This document shows, piece after piece, positions 47,576 to 58,600 of a DNA stretch of 64,000 bases (its first letter is position 1; each line of letters opens with the position of its first letter). The DNA lies in the NCBI GenBank assembly GCA_947626185.1, contig CANQRD010000001.1, forward strand, positions 31,071 to 95,070. Reading direction: 5' to 3'. The notes under the pieces are model-generated. The model saw only the letters and a list, made by a program, of their open reading frames with translations, had not been told where the DNA came from and did no database searches. Source of the DNA: an uncultured Flavobacterium sp. (GTDB lineage Bacteria; Bacteroidota; Bacteroidia; Flavobacteriales; Flavobacteriaceae). The position numbers and the translations under genes were made by a program.

Positions 47576-49012
47576 ATGAAACACACAAAAATTATCGATC
47601 TTCTTACTGGAAAATCTCTTTTGCATGAAGTAAAAGCAAAAGGATGGGTAAAAACATTTAGAAACAACCAATTTATTGCTTTAAATGACGGATCGACAAT
47701 CAATAACATACAATGTGTTCTTGACTTAAATAAGTTTCCTGATGAATTGCTAAAAAAGATTCATACTGGAGCAGCTATTTCAGTAAAAGGTACCCTAGTA
47801 GAAAGTAGAGGTGCAGGACAGGCTGTAGAAATTAGTGTTGAAACTTTAAAAGTTTACGGTGAAGCTAATCCAGAAGAATTTCCTATTCAACCTAAAAAGC
47901 ACTCGTTAGAGTTTTTACGTGAGAATGCTCATTTAAGAATTAGAACAAATATTTTTGGTGCAATTATGCGCGTTAGAAGTACACTTTCTTTTGCTGTACA
48001 CAAATATTTTCAAGATAATGGTTTCTTCTACTTCAATGCTCCTATTATTACAGGTTCAGATGCAGAAGGAGCTGGAGAAATGTTTAAGGTAACCAACTTT
48101 AATTTAAATAATCCACTTCCAAAAACAGAAGATGGTGTAATTGACTATACTAAAGATTTCTTTGGTAAATCTACTAACCTTACGGTTTCTGGACAATTAG
48201 AAGCAGAAACATATGCTATGGCATTGGGTTCTGTTTATACTTTTGGGCCAACTTTCCGTGCTGAAAACTCTAATACTTCTCGCCATTTAGCAGAATTCTG
48301 GATGATTGAACCAGAAGTTGCTTTCAATACTTTGGCAGATAACATGGATTTGGCTGAAGACTTTATAAAATATGTAATTCGTTACACTTTAGATAAATGT
48401 GCAGACGATTTAGCCTTTTTAGATAAAAGATTACAAGAAGAAGACAAATCAAAACCGCAAGCAGAAAGAAGCGACATGTCTTTAATTGAAAAATTACATT
48501 TTGTAATTGACAACAATTTTAAACGTGTAAGTTATACCGAAGCTATTGACATTTTAAAAGCTTCAAAACCAAATAAAAACAAAAAATTCAACTATATCAT
48601 TGAAGATTGGGGTGCAGACTTACAAAGTGAACATGAGCGTTACTTAGTAGAAAAGCACTTTAAATGTCCAGTAATATTATTTGACTATCCGGCTGAAATT
48701 AAAGCATTTTACATGCGTATGAATGAAGACGGAAAAACAGTGAGAGCAATGGATATTCTTTTCCCAGGTATTGGTGAAATTGTTGGAGGCTCACAAAGAG
48801 AAGAGCGATACAATGTTTTATTAGAAAAAATGGAAACAATGGGCATTGATAAAGAAGAATTATGGTGGTATTTAGATACTCGTAAATTCGGTACAGCTCC
48901 TCACAGTGGTTTTGGTCTTGGATTTGAAAGATTAGTATTGTTTGTAACAGGAATGACTAACATTAGAGATGTGATTCCTTTCCCAAGAACTCCGCAAAAC
49001 GCAGAATTCTAA
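47576..49012 (+). CDS. asnS: Asparagine--tRNA ligase
   Basis: Class II motifs [21 protein letters not shown] and GFGLGFERL. Length 478 aa. Confidence 0.95.
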   Translation: MKHTKIIDLLTGKSLLHEVKAKGWVKTFRNNQFIALNDGSTINNIQCVLDLNKFPDELLKKIHTGAAISVKGTLVESRGAGQAVEISVETLKVYGEANPEEFPIQPKKHSLEFLRENAHLRIRTNIFGAIMRVRSTLSFAVHKYFQDNGFFYFNAPIITGSDAEGAGEMFKVTNFNLNNPLPKTEDGVIDYTKDFFGKSTNLTVSGQLEAETYAMALGSVYTFGPTFRAENSNTSRHLAEFWMIEPEVAFNTLADNMDLAEDFIKYVIRYTLDKCADDLAFLDKRLQEEDKSKPQAERSDMSLIEKLHFVIDNNFKRVSYTEAIDILKASKPNKNKKFNYIIEDWGADLQSEHERYLVEKHFKCPVILFDYPAEIKAFYMRMNEDGKTVRAMDILFPGIGEIVGGSQREERYNVLLEKMETMGIDKEELWWYLDTRKFGTAPHSGFGLGFERLVLFVTGMTNIRDVIPFPRTPQNAEF

Positions 49013-49033
49013 ACAACACACTCAATAAACTTT

Positions 49034-49097
49034 AAATGTTTACTTTTTCAGGTTTTTTCCTTATTTTTGAAAATAACTTCGATAAAAGTAAACATTT
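49034..49097 (+). repeat. Perfect 14-bp inverted repeat with a 36-nt spacer, followed by a T7 run
   Basis: aaatgtttactttt (49034-49047) is the exact reverse complement of aaaagtaaacattt (49084-49097). It lies between the asnS stop and the rpoN start. Confidence 0.6.
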
Positions 49098-49127
49098 TTT
49101 TATTTATAAAATATTTCATCTTATCCA

Positions 49128-50585
49128 ATGCTAAAACAGAGTTTACAACTTAAACTGTCGCAAAAACTTTCTCCTCAACAAATCCAGTTGATGAAGCTAA
49201 TTCAATTACCTACTCTTGCTTTTGAACAAAGATTGAAAGAGGAGTTAATTGAAAATCCTGCTTTAGAAACGGGAAAAGAAGAAGTTGTGGACGATTTTGA
49301 CAGTAATTTAGATAATGATTACGATGATTATGACAGTGAACATATTGACACTGGTGATATCGATATTGACAGCTATTTAAGTGATGACGAAATTCCTGAC
49401 TATAAATTACAAGCTAGTAATTATAGTAAGGATGATGAAGATTATGAAATTCCAATAATTGAAACAGAATCTTTTCATCAAAGTTTAATCAATCAATTAA
49501 ATACACTTATCCTTTCTGAAGAAGATCGATTAATTGCTGAATTTCTTGTAGGTAGCATTGACGAAACGGGTTACATTCGTAGAGAAATGCAAGATGTAGT
49601 AGATGATTTAGCTTTTACTCAAGGTATTTATACTGACTTAAACACTGTTTTGCGCATTCTTGATGTTATACATGATCTAGAACCAGCTGGAGTAGGAGCA
49701 AGAGATTTACAAGAGTGTTTATTATTGCAACTAAATAAAAAAACACAAACAGATTCTATTGTATTAGCTAAGGATATTATTGAATCTAACTTCGATGCCT
49801 TTATAAAGAAACATTACGATAAATTATTACTTAAATTAAATATCACTAAAGAGCAACTTAGAAAAGCGATTGATGAAATAGAAAAACTTAATCCTAAGCC
49901 AGGGGGAGCTTTTATTGGTGCAAATAGATTTGTAGAACAGGTTATTCCAGATTTTACCGTAAAAATTGTTGATGGCGAAATAGAGCTTACACTAAATAGC
50001 AGAAATGCCCCTGAATTGCATGTTTCTAAGGATTACCAAGAAATGTTACAAACCTATAAAGAATCAAATCAAGCTACTTCTGCGCAAAAAGATGCAGTAC
50101 AGTTTATCAAGCAAAAACTTGATGGAGCTAAATGGTTTATTGATGCCATAAAGCAACGACAAGAAACTTTATACGTAACAATGAGTGCTATTTTACATTA
50201 TCAAGAAGAATATTTTTTAACTGGAGATGAAACAAAATTAAAGCCAATGATTTTGAAAGACATTGCCGATTTAGTTGGTTTGGATATTTCTACAGTTTCA
50301 AGAGTGGCCAACAGTAAGTATGTTGATACACCCTACGGCACAAAGTTAATTAAAAACTTTTTTTCTGAAGCAATGATGAATGATCAAGGAGAAGAAGTTT
50401 CTACCATTGAGATTAAAAAAATATTAGAAAATATTATATCTGAAGAAGATAAGAGAAAACCGTATCCTGATGATAAATTAGCAGACATTTTAAAAGAAAA
50501 AGGCTATCCTATTGCACGTAGAACAGTGGCTAAGTATAGAGAACAGCTTGATATTCCTGTAGCACGTATGCGCAGAAAAATCTAA
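49128..50585 (+). CDS. rpoN: RNA polymerase sigma-54 factor
   Basis: N-terminal region I (LKLSQKLSPQQIQLMKLIQL), the HTH, and the C-terminal RpoN box ARRTVAKYR. Confidence 0.95.
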   Translation: MLKQSLQLKLSQKLSPQQIQLMKLIQLPTLAFEQRLKEELIENPALETGKEEVVDDFDSNLDNDYDDYDSEHIDTGDIDIDSYLSDDEIPDYKLQASNYSKDDEDYEIPIIETESFHQSLINQLNTLILSEEDRLIAEFLVGSIDETGYIRREMQDVVDDLAFTQGIYTDLNTVLRILDVIHDLEPAGVGARDLQECLLLQLNKKTQTDSIVLAKDIIESNFDAFIKKHYDKLLLKLNITKEQLRKAIDEIEKLNPKPGGAFIGANRFVEQVIPDFTVKIVDGEIELTLNSRNAPELHVSKDYQEMLQTYKESNQATSAQKDAVQFIKQKLDGAKWFIDAIKQRQETLYVTMSAILHYQEEYFLTGDETKLKPMILKDIADLVGLDISTVSRVANSKYVDTPYGTKLIKNFFSEAMMNDQGEEVSTIEIKKILENIISEEDKRKPYPDDKLADILKEKGYPIARRTVAKYREQLDIPVARMRRKI

Positions 50586-50614
50586 TCATATAAAAGCTAT
50601 TAACAACAATTGTT

Positions 50615-51238
50615 ATGAAGAAGTTTTTTCTGACAGTATCTCTTATATTTCATCCTATTATTGTGCCTTTGTTAATAGTTATTCTTTATTTTCTATTGCA
50701 CTACACCTTTTTTTCACCATTCGAATACTATACAATACTTGCTCAGGTGGCAATTGTAACGTTTTTTATTCCAATCTCTATTTACTATGTACTTCGATCA
50801 TTAGGTTTACTTAAAAGCAGCATTATGGTTAGCGATACTAAAGAAAGAATTATTCCGTATGTAATAAATATTTTCTTACTGCTAACACTAAATAAATTAG
50901 TATTTTACAACAACAGCGCTTATGAGTTAAACATCTTTTTTTATGGATTAATTCTATCCTATATCTGTTTACTTCTAGGTAGTATTCTTAAACAAAAATA
51001 TAGTGTACACATAGCAATTTTATCAGCAGGATTAGTTTTTATTACAATATTACTTGTTTATCAAAAAATGCCTTTATTCATTTTACCAATTATTTTTATC
51101 TTAAGCATTGGTATTACTGCAACAGCAAGACTGTATTTAAAAGCTCATACTTCAGCACAAATAATTATAGGTGGCTTGATTGGCGGCTTACCACAAATTT
51201 TTATGTGGTATTGGTACATCAACAATTATAGTCTATAA
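50615..51238 (+). CDS. Polytopic membrane protein with degenerate PAP2-like motifs
   Basis: Six TM segments. KERIIPY, SVH and ARLYLKAHTSAQIIIGG resemble PAP2 motifs C1-C3, with Gln where C3 has Asp. A weak assignment made by eye. Confidence 0.4.
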   Translation: MKKFFLTVSLIFHPIIVPLLIVILYFLLHYTFFSPFEYYTILAQVAIVTFFIPISIYYVLRSLGLLKSSIMVSDTKERIIPYVINIFLLLTLNKLVFYNNSAYELNIFFYGLILSYICLLLGSILKQKYSVHIAILSAGLVFITILLVYQKMPLFILPIIFILSIGITATARLYLKAHTSAQIIIGGLIGGLPQIFMWYWYINNYSL

Positions 51239-51264
51239 TTTAAGAATAAGATAGTTTTAAATTT

Positions 51265-51951
51265 TCACAAAACATAAAAAATCAAACCTACTTTAAACAT
51301 TCTCATTTTTTCTGGATCACCAACTATTGGCTCGTTTTTATAGAGTGTATTTAATCCATAATACAAATACAAGTTCCAGGTATTAAATCCTGCTCCTACA
51401 TAAACACCAAATAACCATTTATTTAAATTATCTTTTGTATTATAATCAACAGAATAACTATCTGTTACTGTTTTATGGTTAGCACTTAGTAAATAACTTG
51501 CCTTAAAACCAACATAAGTACGCCAAAACTTATGACTTTCAGGAGTAGAATTTCGCCATCTAAGCTCAATAGGAAAATCGAGCAAATGCATTGACAATCG
51601 ATTGGCTTTATAACTTTCTAAGATTAAATAATTTCCTTGTTTATCGATACCAAAATTATGATGAAGGTTTTCGTACGAATACCCAAAACCAGGTGCTATT
51701 GCCAATGTACGTTGCTTATTCACAGGAAAATCACGCAAAAAACCGACATCTAAACCTAGAGAAATTGAATTAGGAGAATAGCCTTTGGGCTTATCCTCCA
51801 TTATATTATGATTAATAACAAAATAAAACTGATCTTCACGATATTTTGTATCAATTCCTTCCAATAAATCTTTTTTATCCAATTCTTGCTCTTGTGCAAA
51901 ACCCGCAGTAAGGATGCAAAAAGTAATCAATAGTAAACCAAACTTTCTCAT
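51265..51951 (-). CDS. Small outer-membrane beta-barrel protein (porin/PorT-like family)
   Basis: Signal peptide (LTAGFAQ), alternating hydrophobic beta-strand pattern, and a C-terminal aromatic residue run (LIFYVL). Confidence 0.55.
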   Translation of the reverse strand: MRKFGLLLITFCILTAGFAQEQELDKKDLLEGIDTKYREDQFYFVINHNIMEDKPKGYSPNSISLGLDVGFLRDFPVNKQRTLAIAPGFGYSYENLHHNFGIDKQGNYLILESYKANRLSMHLLDFPIELRWRNSTPESHKFWRTYVGFKASYLLSANHKTVTDSYSVDYNTKDNLNKWLFGVYVGAGFNTWNLYLYYGLNTLYKNEPIVGDPEKMRMFKVGLIFYVL

Positions 51952-51967
51952 ACCTTATAACTTTTTT

Positions 51968-53167
51968 TTAGAACAAATAAACCAAACCTACACCTACTGT
52001 TTGTTTTAACTGCACTTTTGGTCCTTCTATAACTTGTACCCCATCTCGTTGAACTTTAGTTTTTATGTTGTCGTCATACACTAAATTCATACCAATACTA
52101 GCTTGCACAAAATCATTTACCTTCATGTCTAATTTCAAATCCCATAACACGTTTATATTTCCAAAATTATTAATGTAATCGCTATACAATGTTAATTTTG
52201 TATCTATATAAATATTAGTAAATATTTTTCTTTTCCATTCAGAACTAAGTAATATACCTACTTCTGCTCTAGAATTTTTTCCTTTTTTTATAATATTCCC
52301 TTCTAGATCATAAATAGCAGGATCTACCCCAAAAGCTCCTTGATTTGCTAATGTTTGATCCAATACAAAAGTTGCTTTATAAGTTAATGGTGAAACATAA
52401 TATTTCATTCCAGTTGGATTTGAAAAATACTCACCCCCAACCCCAACAAACAAATAAGCCGGTGCAAAAAAACTCGAAACAGGATTGTCTTTATTGGGAT
52501 AATTAAATCCATCCGTAAATTGAGTTTTAAAATTAAGTTTTGACACATAATACCAATCCGAAACTAAAGATGACTTATAACCAAATGTTGAATTTATTTC
52601 AATTACATCATCTGTTTTTCTCATCTCCCTATCAGATTGCTTATTCACTCCATAGCGCACGTTTAATTTATTATCCCAAATTAAACGCCCTTTTATATAT
52701 TTTCTACTAAAATCACCTTTTAAAATACCTGAAATTGAATTTTCTCCTCCGGCACTCCAATTTACAAAAGCTATTTGATTAAAATCTAAACCTATCTTAT
52801 CTTTCTTTTCCCAATAGCCAATTATATCATAATTTACAGGCAAAGCTGACAATTGATTATTTGGATCAAATTTTGTTTCAATTTTCGCAAGTTTTGGTTT
52901 TGCTTTTTCAACAAATACCTCTGGTCGAATAAATCCGTTTTCGTCTCGACCAAAACTCATTGTTTTTTCTGGAGTATAATCCTCTCTTTCCATAAATCCA
53001 TTAATCATATTAAATGGATTTTTCCTCATTTTTTCAGTATCTACAGGATTTTTCTTTGCAATAGTATCTGTTACTATTACTTCCAGCGTTGTAGATTTTG
53101 CAGTTAAATTAAGCGTTCCTAAAACAACACTAAACAAAAAAATGTTTATTTCACTAAATCTTTTCAA
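51968..53167 (-). CDS. DUF3078-like outer-membrane protein
   Basis: Signal-like N-terminus, a FVNWSAGGENS motif, and a beta-strand-rich sequence ending in VGLVYLF. TTG start 3 nt after the dxs stop. Confidence 0.55.
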   Translation of the reverse strand: MKRFSEINIFLFSVVLGTLNLTAKSTTLEVIVTDTIAKKNPVDTEKMRKNPFNMINGFMEREDYTPEKTMSFGRDENGFIRPEVFVEKAKPKLAKIETKFDPNNQLSALPVNYDIIGYWEKKDKIGLDFNQIAFVNWSAGGENSISGILKGDFSRKYIKGRLIWDNKLNVRYGVNKQSDREMRKTDDVIEINSTFGYKSSLVSDWYYVSKLNFKTQFTDGFNYPNKDNPVSSFFAPAYLFVGVGGEYFSNPTGMKYYVSPLTYKATFVLDQTLANQGAFGVDPAIYDLEGNIIKKGKNSRAEVGILLSSEWKRKIFTNIYIDTKLTLYSDYINNFGNINVLWDLKLDMKVNDFVQASIGMNLVYDDNIKTKVQRDGVQVIEGPKVQLKQTVGVGLVYLF

Positions 53168-53170
53168 AAC

Positions 53171-54928
53171 CTAATTATTAATTAATTTTACTATTGATTC
53201 TACATCAATTCCACACATCATTTGCTGTTCTTTTATCGTTGCTTGTTCTATAAAGCTGTCTGGAATTCCTAAGCATTTTACTCGTATATCAGGAAAATTA
53301 TCAGACACAAATTGAGCAATTAAACTTCCAAAACCACCAATAACAGTACCTTCTTCTATTGTATAAATTGCTTCGTAATTTTTGCATATTGTTACTAATT
53401 CTTCCTTATTTAAAGGTTTTATAAAGGGAAAATGATAATGAGACCAATCATCATTTTCGCATTTTTCGAATGCTTCTATTACATTATTGCCGATAACGCC
53501 TGTTGATATTATTGCAAATTTATTCCCTTTTCTTAATTTTTTAGTTATCGATTCGTTAACTTTTACATAACCTTTTTCCCATCTTTCCTTTAACACACCT
53601 TTCCCACGTGGATATCTGATAGCCCAAGGCTGTTGAATACCCAACTGAGTAGTATAAAGCATATTGCTTAATTCTTCTTCATTTAGTGGGGCAGCGATAA
53701 CTATGTTTGGAATACAGTTTAGATAAGCAATATCGAAAACACCCTGGTGAGTAGCTCCATCTTCTCCTACCAAACCTGCCCTATCTAAACAAAATATTAC
53801 AGGTAACTTTTGCAAAGCAACATCATGAATTACTTGATCATAGGCTCTTTGTAAAAAGGTAGAATATATTGCGCAATAAGGTATAAGTCCTTGCGTTGCC
53901 ATACCTGCAGCTAAAGTTACTGCATGTTGCTCGGCTATTCCAACATCAAAAGCACGATCTGGAAAAGTATCCATCATGTATTTCATAGAGCTACCAGTGG
54001 GCATTGCGGGTGTTATCCCAACAATCAAAGGATTTTGTTTAGCCAAATCAACAAGTGTGTGTCCAAAAACATCCTGATATCTCATCGGATATTTACTCTC
54101 TTCTTTTAAAATAAGATCGCCTGTTTTACTATTAAATTTACCTGGAGCATGGTACTTTACTTGATTTTCTTCTGCTTGCTTTAATCCTTTACCTTTAGTA
54201 GTTATAACATGTAAGAATTTTGGTCCTTTTACCTTTTTTAGATGTTCTAACTCTTTTATCAACTTTGGCAAATCATGTCCATCAACAGGACCGTGATAAG
54301 CAAAGTTGAGCGATTTTATCATATTATTTTCTCGAGGATTCCGACCATCTTTAACTGCTGTTAAATACTCTTTTAAAGCACCAACACTAGGATCAATTCC
54401 TATCGCATTATCGTTTAAAACAACTAACATATTGGCATCTGTAACTCCAGCATGATTTAATCCTTCAAACGCCATTCCTGCAGCAATTGAAGCATCTCCA
54501 ATAACAGCAATATGTTGTTTTTCCGTTTCTCCTTTCAGCTGAGATGCCATTGCCATTCCTAATATTGCAGAAATGGAGGTTGAAGAATGGCCAACTCCAA
54601 ATGCATCAAATTCACTTTCTTCCCGTTTTGGAAAACCGCTAATACCTTCTTTCTGACGATTTGTATGAAAAACATTTTGTCTTCCAGTAAGTAATTTATG
54701 TCCGTAAGCTTGATGACCAACATCCCAAACCAATAAGTCATCTGGCGTATTAAAAACATAATGCAGTGCTATTGTTAGCTCTACTACTCCCAAACTTGCA
54801 CCCAAATGCCCTTCTTTGGTTGCAACAAGATCAATAATTGACTGTCTGATTTCAGTAGCCAAATTTTGTAATTGTTCTTGACTCAATTTTTTTAAATCTA
54901 ATGGAGATTTTATTTGCTCTAATAACAT
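53171..54928 (-). CDS. dxs: 1-deoxy-D-xylulose-5-phosphate synthase
   Basis: GHLGASLGVVELTIALHYVF, the TPP motif IGDASIAAGMAFEGLN, and DRAGLVGEDGATHQG. ATG 54928 is preferred; GTG 54937 is possible. Confidence 0.95.
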   Translation of the reverse strand: MLLEQIKSPLDLKKLSQEQLQNLATEIRQSIIDLVATKEGHLGASLGVVELTIALHYVFNTPDDLLVWDVGHQAYGHKLLTGRQNVFHTNRQKEGISGFPKREESEFDAFGVGHSSTSISAILGMAMASQLKGETEKQHIAVIGDASIAAGMAFEGLNHAGVTDANMLVVLNDNAIGIDPSVGALKEYLTAVKDGRNPRENNMIKSLNFAYHGPVDGHDLPKLIKELEHLKKVKGPKFLHVITTKGKGLKQAEENQVKYHAPGKFNSKTGDLILKEESKYPMRYQDVFGHTLVDLAKQNPLIVGITPAMPTGSSMKYMMDTFPDRAFDVGIAEQHAVTLAAGMATQGLIPYCAIYSTFLQRAYDQVIHDVALQKLPVIFCLDRAGLVGEDGATHQGVFDIAYLNCIPNIVIAAPLNEEELSNMLYTTQLGIQQPWAIRYPRGKGVLKERWEKGYVKVNESITKKLRKGNKFAIISTGVIGNNVIEAFEKCENDDWSHYHFPFIKPLNKEELVTICKNYEAIYTIEEGTVIGGFGSLIAQFVSDNFPDIRVKCLGIPDSFIEQATIKEQQMMCGIDVESIVKLINN

Positions 54929-54954
54929 AAGACACACCTATTCGTTTCCGATTT

Positions 54955-54962
54955 CAAAATTA
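54955..54962 (-). promoter_or_regulatory. Candidate -7 box (TAATTTTG on the minus strand) for dxs
   Basis: The plus strand reads caaaatta, 27 nt upstream of ATG 54928. Confidence 0.35.
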
Positions 54963-55124
54963 CAACTTTGTTTTCAGTATCACTTAACTAAAGAATAAAT
55001 AACCTTTTTTACATTTTTAGTATGAAGACTTCAATGTTTATAGATAGGATAAAACTCATTGAATTTATTAAAAATAATTTAAGTTTTTTCAGTAAAATTA
55101 TATCTTAAAATACTGATTTTAAAG

Positions 55125-55132
55125 TAAATTTG
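55125..55132 (+). promoter_or_regulatory. Candidate -7 box (TAAATTTG) for tadA
   Basis: Lies 17 nt upstream of the tadA ATG at 55149. Confidence 0.4.
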
Positions 55133-55148
55133 TTGTTAAAATTAAACC

Positions 55149-55586
55149 ATGGATATTTTTACAGACGAATATTTTATGAGGATTGCATTAACAGAAGCTC
55201 AAACAGCCTTTGACAAGGGAGAAATTCCAGTTGGAGCAATTGTAGTTTCTGACAATAAAATTATTGCTAAATGTCATAATTTAACAGAATTATTACATGA
55301 TGTAACTGCACATGCGGAGTTACAAGCTGTATCATCGGCAGCAAATTATTTAGATGCAAAATATCTAAAAAACTGTACTCTTTACGTTACATTAGAACCT
55401 TGTCAAATGTGTGCAGGAGCATTGTATTGGAGTCAAATTACAAAAGTTGTTTGGGGAGCAAGTGATGATAAAAGAGGTTATCAATCTTTTGGTGGTCAAC
55501 TACATCCAAAAACCATTGTAAAAAAAGGAATTTTAGAACAAGAATGTGCTGATTTAATGCGCTCGTTCTTTGAGAAAAAAAGATAA
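55149..55586 (+). CDS. tadA: tRNA adenosine(34) deaminase
   Basis: The HAE...PCQMCAG zinc-binding deaminase motifs. Length 145 aa. Confidence 0.9.
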   Translation: MDIFTDEYFMRIALTEAQTAFDKGEIPVGAIVVSDNKIIAKCHNLTELLHDVTAHAELQAVSSAANYLDAKYLKNCTLYVTLEPCQMCAGALYWSQITKVVWGASDDKRGYQSFGGQLHPKTIVKKGILEQECADLMRSFFEKKR

Positions 55587-55606
55587 TAAAATTATTATAC
55601 TTACCT

Positions 55607-58600
55607 ATGAAAAAGAAAGTAACACTCATTTTGCTATGTATTATTTTTACTGCTTTTCAGGCTTGTAAAAAGAACAGTAATTCAGATTTTCCATTATCCG
55701 ATCCGAAAGATTTTGTAGAATACATCAGTGCTTTTACAACGGGAATGATTTCTTCTAAATCTACCATTGACATTGAACTTACCAAGAACTTTGGCAATTG
55801 GACTGACAGCCAAGAAATTGAAAGCAATATTTTTTCAATTAGTCCTTCGGTTAAAGGAAAATTAATTTATGCTGGTAATCAAACCTTGCGATTTGAGCCA
55901 AGCGAACGTTTAAAACAAAATGAACAATACAATATTACCTTTCATTTAGGAAAGATAACAAAGGTAGAACAAGAGCAACAAAACTTCACTTTTATTGTAA
56001 ATACAATACCTCAATTGTTTGGTATAGAATTTACAGATTTACAATCAACTGATACCGAAACTTATACCTTAACCGGAAAAATAAAATCAAGCGATTGGAT
56101 TAGTGTTGAATCAATAAAAAAAATAATTGAAGCTAGTTATAACAACAAAAATATTGGAGTAACATTTCAAACAAATTCTAATCAAGAAGCAAAAGAATTT
56201 CCATTTAGCATTAGAGATATCAAACGTAATAATACATCAACAGATCTTATTTTGAAGCTTAATGGTTCGGCTATTAACATCAATCAAGAAATTAAAGAAG
56301 TTACTTCTATTCCATCAAAAGGAATATTTTCTGTTTATAGAGTTTTACTTACTTCGGGAGACAATCATTCTTTTAGCATCAATTTTTCTAACCCAATTAA
56401 AAAGAATCAAAGTTTTGATGGATTAGTTTCACTTCAAGGTTTTGAAGACTTATCACTAAAATTTTTAGTTGACGGAAATATTTTAAAAGTATATAGCGAG
56501 AAAGCTTTACCAGAAGAAGTTTTGCTAACTGTTCACCAAGGAATTGCAGATAGTTATGGCAACAAATTAAAATCTACTTATACAGAATCTCTTGTATTTG
56601 GTATTCCAAAACCAGATGTGCAATTGTTGCAAAACGGAACTATTTTACCTTCTTCTCAAAATTTAAAAATCAATTTCAAGGCAACTTCTTTAAAAGCGGT
56701 TGATGTAAAAGTGTATAAAATATTTCAGAACAATATTTTACAATTTTTACAATCCAACTCAATGGACGGATCATATTCTTTGTATTCGGTTGCCGCACCA
56801 ATTGCAAAAACAACAATAGAATTTAGCAATCCAGATCCAAAAGCTTTAGCTCAATGGAATTCGTATGCCTTGGATTTATCAACATTAATAACGCCAGATC
56901 CTGGAGCAATTTATCACGTAAAATTTTCATTTAGAAAAGAATATGCCTTAAACTGCGATTTCAATATAAATGATAATACAGATGAAAACGATGTAGATGA
57001 TTCTTATATTGATAATGACGATTATGAATATCATTACAGATATTACGATTACGAAGAAAGAAATGATCCTTGTTCAGATGCATATTATTATTACCACGAT
57101 ATGGTAAGTACTAATATTTTGGCTAGTGATTTAGGTATTATTGTAAAAGGCGGAAACAATAATGTGTATACAGCTTTTGTAACCAATTTACTTACCACAG
57201 CACCTGTAAGTGGTGCAACAGTAGAATTTTATAGTTATCAGCAACAATTATTAGCTACTGCTAAAACAGATAATGAAGGAATGGTAAAAACCAATTTAGG
57301 TAAAGACAAAGCCTATTTTGCTATTGCTAAAAAAGATAATAACACAACTTATATAAAAATAGATCAGGCTAATTCGTTATCCGTTTCAAATTATGACGTT
57401 GACGGAACTACTTTGCAAAAAGGAATGAATGGTTTTATTTATACCGAACGAGGTGTTTGGCGCCCTGGCGATGCAATTTATGTAGGTTTTATATTGGACG
57501 ATACTGCTAATCCGTTACCCGAAAATCACCCAATAAAACTAACTTTTACTGATCCGTTTGGAAAAGTAACTGAGCAGTTATTACAAAAGAAAAACAAATC
57601 TAATCATTATGCATTTAAACTTAAAACAACTGATGAAGCACCAACCGGAAATTGGGAAGCTGTTGTAAGTGTTGGTAGTGCCAAGTTTTATAAGCGCATA
57701 AAAATTGAAACCATTAAACCAAATCGATTAAAAATTAAAAATAATTCAGAAGGAAAACTAATTGATTTTAGTAGTGCCGCAAAACGAATTAATTATCAGG
57801 TTGCGTGGTTGCAAGGTACAAAAGCAAAAAACTTAAAGGCAGATGTTCAGGTTAAATTAGTTCCTGAAAAAACTACTTTCAAATCATATCCAAATTATGA
57901 GTTCAACAATAATTTAGCTACATATACAGCAGAAGATATTACTGTGTTTTCTGGAAGAACTAATGAAGATGGCGATTTTTCATTTACGTTAGATTTACAA
58001 AATACAGTAGAAAATTCTTCAATGTTAAAAGCTATTCTTACAACAAAAGTTTATGAAGAAGGTGGCGATTTTTCTACAGATGTATCAACTTTAACGTATT
58101 CTCCCTATCGCAGTTATTCTGGAATTAAATCACCAGAACAAAATAAATATGGCTATTATGAAACAGACAAACCATTAGATTTTTCAATTATTACAGTAAA
58201 TAGTGCAGGAAAATCAGTTAATGCAGAAGTAAAAGTTGATGTATATAGACGTGATGGTTACTGGTGGTGGAGCTCACAAGAAAATGGAGTTTCTAACTAT
58301 AATAATTCTGAATATTACAATTTATACAACTCTAAAACAATTTACACGAAAGAGAATACTCCTTCTAAATATGCTATAACTATTCCTGAACAAGATTGGG
58401 GAAGTTATGAAATTGTTGTAACAGATTTAAATAGCGGACATATTTCTTCTCAACAGTTTTATGTAGATTGGCCATATTGGTCAGGAAAAACAAAACATTC
58501 TAATGGAAAAGATGCTATTGCCTTATCTATAGCAACCAACAAAAAAGAATTTACTGTTGGAGAAAAAATTCAAGTATCATTTCCATCAAGTGAAGACAGT

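Noticed and set aside
55023-55106. 27-codon ORF (MKTSMFIDRIKLIEFIKNNLSFFSKIIS) in the dxs/tadA intergenic region.
   Set aside because: It has no promoter box or conservation evidence, and its AT-rich composition readily produces such ORFs.
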